Assembly (NCBI GenBank): GCA_963845245.1
Contig: CAWJRJ010000021.1
Span: 128,001 to 192,000, forward strand
Reading direction: 5' to 3'
DNA length: 64,000 nucleotides
From: Nitrospirota bacterium
Lineage (GTDB): Bacteria > Nitrospirota > JACRHJ01
The translations under genes were made by a program, and so were the position numbers. Shown here piece by piece: positions 1-9,255 of this stretch (positions are counted from its first letter, which is position 1; each line of letters begins with the position of its first letter). Below the pieces are notes generated by a model. It saw nothing but the letters and a program-made list of their open reading frames with translations, ran no database searches and was not told the DNA's origin.

Positions 1-796
1 GTGCATACCGACCCAAAGGTGGAGGCGGTACGGGACGTGCTACCCGGCGCAAACTGCGGCGCCTGCGGCTTCGCCGGCTGCCAGGGTTATGCCGAGGCCG
101 TGGTCAAGGACCCGTCCATATCCCCAGGGCTCTGCTCGCCCGGCAAGGCGGACGTTGCCGCGCTGGTCGCGAAGATAACCGGCAAGGAAGCCCCGGAGGT
201 CATCCCCATGGTGGCGACCGTGTTCTGCCGGGGTGACGACTGCATGGCGTCCCGCAGGTTCCGTTACGAGGGCGTCAAGGACTGCAGGGCGGCAATACTG
301 GTATCGGGCGGGGACAAGACATGTCTGGCCGGCTGCCTGGGTTACGGCACCTGCGCGAGGGCCTGCCCGTTTGGCGCTATTACCATGAGCAAGGACAACC
401 TGGCCGTGGTGGACCGGGAGAAATGCACCGCCTGCGGCGTGTGCGTGGCCGCCTGCCCGAAGAATATAATCGCCCTTACGCCTGCCGCGAAGATGGTGCA
501 TATAAGGTGCAGTTCCCGCTACAAGGGGCCGGATGTAAAGAAGGCCTGCAAGTTGGGCTGCATTGCCTGCGGGCTCTGCGCAAAGGGATGCCCCGAGGGC
601 GCCATAACAATTACGGACAACCTTGCCAAGGATAGATTACGAGAAATGCACACACTGCGAGACATGCGTGCTGCTCTGCCCGCAGAGGACTATAGAGGAC
701 AGGCTCGACCCGGCCAAGGAGGCCGCGCCCAGGACCAAGCTTGCGAAGAAGGGCGATGGTGCGGCGGCACCCGAGAAGGCTGAAAAAGAGGCCTGA
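1..796 (+). CDS. rnfB: RnfB electron transport complex subunit B (5' truncated by window; +1 indel near 630)
   Basis: LPGANCGACGFAGC FeS domain, CxxGCLGYGTCARACPFGAI and repeated CxxCxxCxxxCP motifs; the shifted frame continues IDYEKCTHCETCVLLCP to TGA at 794-796. Confidence 0.88.
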
Positions 797-823
797 GGCT
801 TTAGCTGATACGAATACAAATAC

Positions 824-854
824 AAAAAGGCATACCATACGGTATGCCTTTTTT
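824..854. terminator. Bidirectional intrinsic terminator
   Basis: AAAAAGGCATACC-ATAC-GGTATGCCTTTTTT between convergent genes. Confidence 0.85.
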
Positions 855-872
855 ATTCGTTGCAGCAGCAGA

Positions 873-3274
873 TTAGTTTACCGTCTTGCCGCCGTTTATC
901 GTCTTCATGAAGATGTCCACGATCTCGGGGTCGAACTGGCTTGAGGAGCAGCGCGCTATCTCCGCCACGGCGTCGTCGAAGGGCAGGGCCTTCCTGTACG
1001 GCCTGTCTGAGGTGAGTGCGTCGAAGGTGTCGGCCACTGCGAGTATCCTCGCCTCCAGGGAGAGTTCCGAGCCCTTCTTCTGGTGCGGGTAGCCCCTGCC
1101 GTCGAAACGCTCGTGGTGCTCGCCCACGATGGTCTTCACGTCCTTGAGGAAGGTTATGGGGTCGAGTATCTTTTCTCCTATCATGGGGTGGTCTTTTATG
1201 GCGTCGAACTCCTCGCCTGTAAGCTTGCCGTTCTTGTTCAGGATGTTCATGGAGATGCCGATCTTGCCTATGTCGTGCAGGACGCCGGCGTGCTGGAGGG
1301 CCTGCTTGCGGTCGTCGGGCAGTCCCATCTCCTCCGCCATCATCATGGCGAGCAGGGTGACGCGCTCCGAGTGGCCCTTGGAGTACTTGTCCTTGGCCTC
1401 CAGCGCGTTAACCAGCGCCCTGACGGTATCGAAATAGCTGGAGCGGATGTCGCGGTAGAGGTTCGAGTTTTCGACAGCTATGGCGGCCTGTCCGGCCACG
1501 GTCGTGAGCAGGTCCAGGTCGTCATGGTTGAAGGGTTCGCCGCTGAGCTTGTTGTTTATGTTCAGGATGCCTATGACCTTGCCTTTGATAAACAGCGGGG
1601 CGGCTACCAGTGAAGTCGTGGTGTACTGCGAGTCGTTGGTCACATGGAAACGCGGGTCCTTCTCTATGTCCACTACGAGGAGCGGTTTACCCTCCTTTGC
1701 GACATAACCGGAGATGCCGTCCCCGACCTTGACGTTACGCAGCCTCTTGCCCTCCAGGCCCGACCGCGAACGCAACTTCAAGCTCGCCTATGGCCTCGTT
1801 TATCAGCATAAGAGAGCATATCTTTGCGTTCATCACCCTTGCCAGCGTGGTGACGATCACCTCGAGGACGTTGTCCTTGTCGACGATGGAGTTGAGTATG
1901 TTGCCTATATGGTTTACAGTCGTGAGGCGCTCGACCACCCTCTCGAGGTCAGTGTTCTTCTGTGCGAGGTCCTTGATGAGCATCGCTATCTGGTTGTTGG
2001 CGCTCTCGACCTCTTTCACGCGCTTCGTGAGCTGCATGTTTATTGCCTCGAGCTCCTTCTTGTGGTTGAGTTCGAGGTCTACCTTTATCTTTTCGGCCTT
2101 GACGCGTTCGGTAATGTCGCGTACCACTTCGATCGCATGGGTGATGTTGCCGTCCGAGTCCTTGATCGGCGCCGAGATGCTGTGGACTATGCGCTCCTTG
2201 CCGTCCGGGAGGTAGAAGGACGACTGGTGCTCATGGACCTGCCCGGTGTCGAACACCCTCAGGACTCCGCAATGCGGGCACGGGTCGCTCCTGCCGTGGA
2301 TGCTCCTGTAGCAGTTGGTGCCTCTCTGGACACCGGGGAATATCTCCATGTTCCTCGGGTTCATCTCCTCGATGACCATATCGCGGGAAAGGATGGATAT
2401 GCCGTCCGGCATGGCGTTGATCATGCTCTGGAGCTTTGCGTGCGAGTGGGACATCTCGATGTTTCTGTGGAGGTCTATCTCTTCCTTCTTCTTTTCCTCG
2501 TTCAGCATCTTAATATGGTCGAGCATGTCCAGGAATTTAGTCTGAAGCAGCCCTATCTCGTCCCTGCCACCGATTTTCAGGTCGACAGGCTCTCCTTTTT
2601 CAGCCTTTTCCATCGCGGAGTGCAGGCGCTTGATCGGGCGGTTGATAAGCATCTCGAGGACTATTACCACCCCGAAGGCCAGAAGGAGGCTTATTATCGC
2701 AGAGAACAGGAACATCCGGGCAAGGTGCTCCTTTATCTCGCCCTCGGCGGTTACCAGGGAATAACTTACCTCCAGTACGCCGTTTATCTTGTTCTTCGAG
2801 TCATGGCAGCCGTAGCAGGCTTCGCGGTTGAATATGGGTGTGAGAAGGTATAGTTTTTTCTGTTCAGGTAGCTGGAAGACTGTCGGAGAGGGGCTGTACG
2901 CCGTTGTATTTGATGTATTTTTCGTCGTCGACCTGGGTGCCTATCTCGGACGGGTTGGACGACCGCAGTATCGTCCTGTCGTTGCTTAATATGCGGAGGT
3001 CTACGATATCCTTGTTGGTCGCGATACGCTCCATCGTGCGCTGCACTTCGTCGCGCTCGTTTCGGCCCATGGCGTCGACCAGGCTGTTTTCGATGGTGCT
3101 GGAAAGGAGGCGCAGGTTGCCTTCAACGTCTTTAAGGAAAAACGCGCGCTCCGAGCGGACATTATACATCACAGCCATAGCGAGAAAGAAGACGAGGAAG
3201 CCCGCCGCGAAGATTACTATCTTTGCAGTTATATTGCTGTTGATTTTACTAAAAAATTCTTTCATAATCCTCAA
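873..3274 (-). CDS. Membrane HD-GYP cyclic-di-GMP phosphodiesterase with periplasmic CxxCH sensor, HAMP, PAS and GAF domains (split by two indels, near 2895 and 1760)
   Basis: Joined ORFs 2864..3274, 1735..2880 and 873..1781: two TM helices, CYGCH at 2803-2817, HAMP (RDEIGLL), PAS, GAF, HDIGK, HHERFDGRGYP, RPYRKA. Confidence 0.85.
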
Positions 3275-3544
3275 GGCGCAAGGAACTTATACAATAACTC
3301 AAAAGGACTATATGCAATTTTCAGGCCCTTATTCGGAAGCGTTGCTTTTTTTGTCTATAGAGTGTTCATTATTGTTTATTAACGGCTTTTAAAACATTAA
3401 CACCGTTGGCAGCACAGGTTCGGAGTTTACTATGAGCTATTATAACCCAAAAGTGCTAAGATGGTGCGCAAAAGTGAGTAGTTCTCGATGCTCAAAAATG
3501 CGCAAACCATTTGGATACGCATGTTCATGTTAGCAGATAACCAT

Positions 3545-5546
3545 ATGTATGTAAAGGTTGTAGTCGGTGCGGGGGCGGACAAGTCCTTCACATACTCATG
3601 CCCGGCCGCTTTGCGTGCAAAGGCCCACGTGGGACAAAGGGTACTGGTCTCGCTCGGCAGGGGCGAGCGATATCGGCATAATCGTCGGCTCCACGAACGA
3701 TTCCGGCGGCTTCGCGATCAAGGACCTGCTGGACATCCCGGACGATATCCCTTTGATTTCCAATGAGTTGCTAAACTTGGCCGAATGGGTCGCCTCATAT
3801 TACCACAACCCCCTGGGCCAGGTGCTCTCCATAATGCTTCCGCCCGGAATCGAGGAGGGCAAGCCCTCCCGCCCCCGGAAGTCAGTAATGGAGGATTTGT
3901 CGCGTTATAATGCTCTAAAACTGGACACCGCTGTACTAAAACTGAACAGTGCGCAGGCCTCCGCCTTGGGCGAGATTGTCTCAGGTTGCGGCAAGTTTGT
4001 CCCGTTCCTGCTCCACGGCGCCACCGGCAGCGGCAAGACCGAGGTATACATCCGCGCTATCGAAGAGGTGCTCAAGTCCGGCGCGGGCGCAATCGTCCTG
4101 GTCCCCGAGATATCCCTGACCCCCCAGCAGCAGAGGCGTTTCTCGGCCCGGTTCGGGGAAAAGGTGGCGGTCCTGCACAGCGGCCTCACCGAGTCCCAGA
4201 GGCGGCAGCAGTGGCGCAGGATATGGGAAGGCGAGGCCTCGGTGGTTATCGGCGCGCGCTCGGCGGTGTTCGCGCCCTCTTGCAAAGGTCGGAATCATAA
4301 TCGTGGACGAGGAGCACGACGGCTCATACAAGCAGGAGGAAGGCGTGCGCTACCACGGCCGCGACGTCGCAGTCATGCGCGCAAAGCTCGCCGGATGCCC
4401 GGTGGTATTGGGCAGCGCCACGCCGTCCGTCGAGAGCTATTACAACGCCACTTCCGGCAAATACAGTCTGCTTTCGCTCCCCGAGCGCCCCGGCGGCAGG
4501 CCTATGCCGTCCGTTACCATGGTCGATATGCGCGAGCAGCCCGCGACGCGCCCAGATCTCACAGCCGCTGTACGAAGCCGCGAAGCGTCATCTCGACGCG
4601 GGCCGGCAGGTGCTGTTCTTCCTTAACCGGCGCGGGTTCTCGGACTTCATCCTCTGCCGCGACTGCGGCCACGTGCCCGGCTGCCCGAGCTGTTCCATCT
4701 CGCTCACCTACCACAAGACGGACCTCTCGCTCAAGTGCCACTGGTGCGGCTCCTCCATGCCCCCGCCCGACAGGTGCCCCAAGTGCGGCGGCGACAAGTT
4801 CAAGCTCATGGGGGGCGGGACAGAGAAGCTTGAGAAGGAGGTGGAGGGCCTGTTTGAGGGCATCGGGATCACCCGCATAGACCGTGACACCGTCAAAGGC
4901 CCCGGCGGTTATGGCGACCTCCTTGACGAAGTGGAGTCCGGCCGCTCGCGCGTCATGCTCGGCACCCAGATGGTCGCGAAGGGCCACGACATGCCGAACA
5001 TCGGGCTGGTCGGGGTCGTCATGGCGGACTACGGCCTGCACCACCCGGACTTCAGGGCCGCCGAGCGCACGTTCCAGGTGGTCACCCAGGCGGCGGGCCG
5101 CTCGGGCCGCGGCGACATGCCGGGCGAGGTGATAATCCAGACGCACCAGCCGGAGCATTACAGCCTCATGTATCGCCTCCGGGCATGACTACGCGGGCTT
5201 CTACAAGGAAGAGATAGAGTTTCGGCGCGAACTCGGCTACCCGCCGTTCTCCCGGCTCGCGCTGGTTATAATAAAGGCCGTAAAGAAGGAGAAGGCCTCG
5301 GAAGGGGCCGCCGCCGCGTTCAAGGCATTTTCGGACGTATCCGGCAAGGGCGTCAGCGTCATGGGGCCAGCACCCGCGCCGGTCAAGAAGGGGAGGGGGA
5401 AGTACCGCTTCTTCGTGGTGCTGAAGTCTGGGTCGTCGCAGAAGCTTCAGAAGGCCATCAACGAAGGCCTCAAAGCGTTGAAAGGCGAGGCGAGGCTTTC
5501 CGGCTGTTCCGTCGAGCTTGACGTTGACCCGCAGAGCCTGGCCTGA
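3545..5546 (+). CDS. priA: Primosomal protein N' (several indels)
   Basis: [47 protein letters not shown], Zn-finger CxxC pairs, [17 protein letters not shown]. Confidence 0.93.
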
Positions 5547-5651
5547 GTGCGCCGTTTTCCCGTCCCTCCCGTTCCTGTAATTTCTGGTACAATTATTAAT
5601 ATAAATCGGAATATCGTTTAACCTGTCCTTTCAACCAAAAAGGAGGACGTC

Positions 5652-6047
5652 ATGAAACTTGGCGTCGTGATAAAAAGCGTGAGTGCGGGCCTGCTCGCGT
5701 TCTGTGTCCTAGTGCTCTGTGCGGGCGCTGCCCGCGCGGACGATTGGCTGGGCGTGCCGGGCGGGTCGAAGGATATTGAGGTATACGTCAAGAAACAGTC
5801 GGATATCACGTTCGGGGTACGCATGATGGATATAAAGTTCGTGAACCACAGCGATGTTGATCTCGCCGTCGCGTACACGGCCATACTCAGATGCCCCGGT
5901 CTGGGTTCAAAGGATGCGGACACCGGCAAGTCTTATGTTAAAAGGCACTCCGAGACCATCACGAGCTTTGCCTATACTCTCTGCGCGGGTGACGCTACGG
6001 ATGATACTTCAATGTTTGAGGTACGTGTAAAGCCGTCCATGTATTAA
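5652..6047 (+). CDS. Hypothetical secreted protein
   Basis: 131 aa ORF, SD AGGAGG, signal peptide ending ARA, two Cys in mature part. Confidence 0.7.
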   Translation: MKLGVVIKSVSAGLLAFCVLVLCAGAARADDWLGVPGGSKDIEVYVKKQSDITFGVRMMDIKFVNHSDVDLAVAYTAILRCPGLGSKDADTGKSYVKRHSETITSFAYTLCAGDATDDTSMFEVRVKPSMY

Positions 6048-6075
6048 TGACGGTGACCGCGTTTTGCGTTCGCTC

Positions 6076-6103
6076 GTCATTCCCGCGCAGGCGGGAATCC
6101 AGG
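6076..6103 (+). repeat. GTCA-type REP-like palindrome (family C)
   Basis: GTCATTCCCGCGCAGGCGGGAATCCAGG; related copies at 40778-40804, 40824-40849 (inverted) and 44439-44476. Confidence 0.8.
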
Positions 6104-6142
6104 AATTTCGTATTTTTGACTTTTTGTGTTACAAATAAAAAT

Positions 6143-6158
6143 TGTTCCACGTGGAACA
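6143..6158. promoter_or_regulatory. parS: parS centromere-like site (ParB binding)
   Basis: Perfect palindrome TGTTCCACGTGGAACA matching the bacterial parS consensus, intergenic. Confidence 0.85.
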
Positions 6159-6229
6159 ATTGTAAATCTTTTTGTTTGTAGTGTCTTGCCGTTTATTCAG
6201 TTCTTCCTGCTCATTAAGCCCGTATCGCA

Positions 6230-6242
6230 TAAGCCGTTGATT
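6230..6242 (-). promoter_or_regulatory. Putative IHF binding site
   Basis: Reverse strand AATCAACGGCTTA matches WATCAANNNNTTR. Confidence 0.4.
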
Positions 6243-6595
6243 TATATAGTACATTACCCCAGCAACTCATGTTCAAAAACACGCATTTTTCGGCCATTTC
6301 CCGCAAAAAACTGCAAAAAAACACACGGTTTTTGATGTGTTATTTTGATGCGATCTTTATACCCCAGCCTTCCTGACCAAAGCGCTGATAATCAGAAGTA
6401 TTAATGTTGAACTATTAATGTGCTGTTAACGCCCTTTTAATATTCGTCTGTTATTCTCCTTGCCATAGCTCACCCGTTTTCGTAAATCCAATCATAACAA
6501 GAAGGGAGGAGTTGACTATGTCCTTTTCGCGTTAGCGGTATATTTGACCAAATATTAACAATCTACAATCATTCAACCATATAAAGGAGGCGATA

Positions 6596-6742
6596 ATGTT
6601 CAAGAAGCTTTTAGCCGCACTATTTGTTGCCCGTCCACAACTGACACGGTCTTCGGCCCGGCGCTTGCAACGGCCATGCTACCGCCTGCGCCTCTATTTG
6701 CCTGGGAACTCTTTCGCTAAAAAATGTAAGTCCAGTCAATGA
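6596..6742 (+). CDS. Putative small protein (about 41-48 aa)
   Basis: AAAGGAGG SD then ATG, MFKKLLAALFVA...; followed by a terminator; below the ORF-track cutoff. Confidence 0.5.
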   Translation: MFKKLLAALFVARPQLTRSSARRLQRPCYRLRLYLPGNSFAKKCKSSQ

Positions 6743-6770
6743 CGGCCCTCCGTTAATTCCATAATTTTTT

Positions 6771-6803
6771 AAGACCGGCCCCAATCGCGGGGTCGGCTTT
6801 TTC
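6771..6803 (+). terminator. Intrinsic terminator
   Basis: AAGACCGGCCCC-AATCGC-GGGGTCGGCTTTTT. Confidence 0.6.
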
Positions 6804-7011
6804 TTAGGTTTCGCGAGTTTTCCGGCCATTTCCCGTAAATTTTCCCGCAAAATTCCCGCAAAAACACCCCCGTTTCCGACACGTTTTTGAGCGTATTTTC
6901 CCCCGTTTTTTTAATCATGAGCGCGCGTGTTATACTTATCTATATAGAAAATTTTGTTAAGCGGACCGCGCAGGCCACGCCGCCGCTTTATGGAATGGAA
7001 GGAGCAGAGCA

Positions 7012-7344
7012 ATGAAAAGGTCAGCGCTTGCAAGAAAAGAGACGTACAAATTAATCGATCCCGTGATGGCGGATCCGAAACACTACAGCATCGAGTTCGA
7101 GAACGACCAGGTGCGGGTGGTCAGGATAAAGTATGGCCCCCATGAGAAGTCGGTCATGCACGACCATGTGGCCGGGGTGGCCGTATTCCTTACCGACCAG
7201 AAGTCGGAGTTCATTTTCCCGGATAGGAGTACAGAGATCGTCTCGGCCAAGGCCGGGGAAACCAGGTGGATGGATGCGTTCAGCCACCTCCCCAGGAACC
7301 TGTCCGATGAGGAGATGGAACTGGTTTATATAGAGTTGAAGTAG
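7012..7344 (+). CDS. Small cupin-fold protein
   Basis: DPKHYSIEFENDQVRVVRI...MHDH...KAGETRWM...H...N pattern of small cupins. Confidence 0.75.
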   Translation: MKRSALARKETYKLIDPVMADPKHYSIEFENDQVRVVRIKYGPHEKSVMHDHVAGVAVFLTDQKSEFIFPDRSTEIVSAKAGETRWMDAFSHLPRNLSDEEMELVYIELK

Positions 7345-7378
7345 TAGTAATCGCCGAGCCTCGGTTAGTGTTGAATAC

Positions 7379-7406
7379 AGCCTCGGAGAAATCCGGGGCT
7401 TTTTTT
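7379..7406 (+). terminator. Intrinsic terminator
   Basis: AGCCTCGG-AGAAAT-CCGGGGCT followed by a T run. Confidence 0.8.
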
Positions 7407-7407
7407 C

Positions 7408-7435
7408 TTGATTTGCTCATACGCCCCTGTATAAT
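7408..7435 (+). promoter_or_regulatory. Sigma70-type promoter
   Basis: TTGATT-16 bp-TATAAT; predicted start site coincides with the start of the 55-bp repeat at about 7442. Confidence 0.55.
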
Positions 7436-7441
7436 GCTTCA

Positions 7442-7496
7442 AGCAAGAGTCAGGCAATACCAGTAAGCACGCACTACCCTATCGGAGTCGGGCTTT
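7442..7496 (+). repeat. 55-bp leader repeat, copy 1
   Basis: 48/55 identical to 8146-8200 by manual alignment. Confidence 0.9.
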
Positions 7497-7563
7497 GAGT
7501 TAGCTTGGATATATCAAAGCACATCTCTGAAAACGGGGATGGGCTTTTTTTAGTGGAGAATTA

Positions 7564-7896
7564 ATGGGCTTTTTTGGAGTGACGATTATCGTATTTATCG
7601 TTTATGTAATAACCTCGGGGACAATCCCGTTCATTTTAGGCTTCCTTTTTCAATCGTTTTTTATCGGCCGTAAACTTCCTAAATCCATCTCTTGGGTTAC
7701 GGCAGCCATCATAACCATACCGTTATTTTATTTTCCTAATGAAAAGCTTAAATCAATACAAGGTTATATACTTCTGAAAGTGGTCTTGTGTTGGGTCTCA
7801 ATTGCCGTTATCGCGGGTTTTATGGATTCTGGGATTCGAATGAGAGAAAAACTGAGAGATTGGAAAGTCAAAAAAGCTTTAAAAAATCGGGTATAG
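7564..7896 (+). CDS. Hypothetical membrane protein (3 TM, AT-rich)
   Basis: 110 aa, SD GGAG, hydrophobic helices, basic tail. Confidence 0.65.
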   Translation: MGFFGVTIIVFIVYVITSGTIPFILGFLFQSFFIGRKLPKSISWVTAAIITIPLFYFPNEKLKSIQGYILLKVVLCWVSIAVIAGFMDSGIRMREKLRDWKVKKALKNRV

Positions 7897-7967
7897 AAAT
7901 ACGTTGAATTGAAGCCATCTTTGCAAACGGGGGATGGATTTGTTATTGGTCTATGAATGGGGTAACC

Positions 7968-8147
7968 ATGAAAAAGTTTAAAGTTGTGCTTTTAGAGGAC
8001 CGACACAACCCTGTTCCTGCCACCAGAATAGATGATAAAATAACCGAGATGACGGGAGATGGGTGGACGTTTGTTCAACTGAACAGTGGTGGTGGAGGTG
8101 ATGGCATGTCAGATCGTTGGGTCTATTTGGCTTTTGAGCGTGAATAG
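7968..8147 (+). CDS. Small DUF4177-like protein
   Basis: KKFKVV...GDGWTFVQ...YLAFERE matches the ~60 aa GW..FxR pattern. Confidence 0.55.
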   Translation: MKKFKVVLLEDRHNPVPATRIDDKITEMTGDGWTFVQLNSGGGGDGMSDRWVYLAFERE

Positions 8148-8200
8148 CAAGAGCCAAGCAATGCCAGTAAACACGTACTACCCTAATGGAGTCGGGCTTT
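8146..8200 (+). repeat. 55-bp leader repeat, copy 2
   Basis: AGCAAGAGCCAAGCAATGCCAGTAAACACGTACTACCCTAATGGAGTCGGGCTTT. Confidence 0.9.
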
Positions 8201-8249
8201 AATTATACTAAATGTTTATAAATGTTGTGTTGCTGAAGCGGGGATAAAG

Positions 8250-9209
8250 ATGGCAGGAAAAGAATGTCGATATTGTTCTGAAGAAATAAGTGAAAAGTCA
8301 AAGGTATGCCGTTATTGTGGAAGAGACCAAAGAATAATAATTACTAGAATAAAGGACGTTGCTTCAATTGCTACATTAGCAATGATAGGAATAGCAACCG
8401 TACAGGTTATCATAAACTATGGGCAATTCCAAGAATTGAAAAGCAAACGAATTGAAGCACAACAGGTATTTGATGAAGCAAAGCGTGTTTTTAGAAATGC
8501 TTCTACAAAATCCAACAATGCTATCGTAAAAGCTAATCATGTTTTTAGCAATGCATCTGGTATTTCCAATAAGGCGATAATGAATGCTCAGACCGTTTTA
8601 GTGAAAGCTGAAAAGAGTGCAAAGTCAGCAAACATTATTACCGAAAAAGCAGAGAAAGAAATGAAAAATACCATAGGTATGGTCAACAAGCAACTTAAGG
8701 CTTCAAATGAACACGTTAGTAAAACTGAAAAAGAATTAATAGAAAAAATTAATCTCCTGGATCCTCTTAAACAACCGATTTATGCTGTATCAGCAACGGT
8801 AGAAGCAATGACTCCATCAACCGGTCGCAGGAATATACATCTTGAAGATGAGGGAGCATACTTGTTATTAGTAGATAAGAAAGATGAAATTTTAGTTTCA
8901 TTATCAGCGGGGGATTCACATTTAATAAGTCAGGATAACAATAAATATTTGCTGTACTGGAGCATGCTAAGGTTACCGGAAACCAGTCCATTAATAGGAA
9001 AACCGGTTAGTTTTTTAAAACAAACTGAATACCTTGCCATAAGATTCAACCATATGAATGATAATGAAAGGGTTATTGGCGGTCGGGTAGTAGTAATAAT
9101 TAACAATGCTATTCAACTTAATTTTAAAATATCGGAGCAGAACATTACTGACAAACTTAAACTAATTGTAGTGCAGGATTTAAAATCTTCCTTATCCGTG
9201 CTGAAATAA
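8250..9209 (+). CDS. Hypothetical zinc-ribbon, single-TM, coiled-coil protein (AT-rich)
   Basis: N-terminal CRYC...CRYCG, one TM helix, long helical region with internal repeat (RVFRNAS/HVFSNAS). Confidence 0.7.
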   Translation: MAGKECRYCSEEISEKSKVCRYCGRDQRIIITRIKDVASIATLAMIGIATVQVIINYGQFQELKSKRIEAQQVFDEAKRVFRNASTKSNNAIVKANHVFSNASGISNKAIMNAQTVLVKAEKSAKSANIITEKAEKEMKNTIGMVNKQLKASNEHVSKTEKELIEKINLLDPLKQPIYAVSATVEAMTPSTGRRNIHLEDEGAYLLLVDKKDEILVSLSAGDSHLISQDNNKYLLYWSMLRLPETSPLIGKPVSFLKQTEYLAIRFNHMNDNERVIGGRVVVIINNAIQLNFKISEQNITDKLKLIVVQDLKSSLSVLK

Positions 9210-9255
9210 ACGTGATAAAACAGAAGAATAAAGAGAATATCGGAAAATAATAGTT

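Noticed and set aside
1083..2853. Long antisense/shadow ORFs (e.g. 1714..2853 +, 26960..27970 -, 41809..42909 -, 45806..46921 +)
   Set aside because: They overlap well-supported genes and are expected from high GC3 codon bias; no recognisable motifs
6050..7000. oriC
   Set aside because: AT-rich with parS and an IHF-like site, but I found no cluster of DnaA boxes and no dnaA/gidA neighbours
7442..8200. Integron attC sites or CRISPR repeats
   Set aside because: No RYYYAAC/GTTRRRY boxes, only two full copies 704 bp apart, no intI or cas genes in the window
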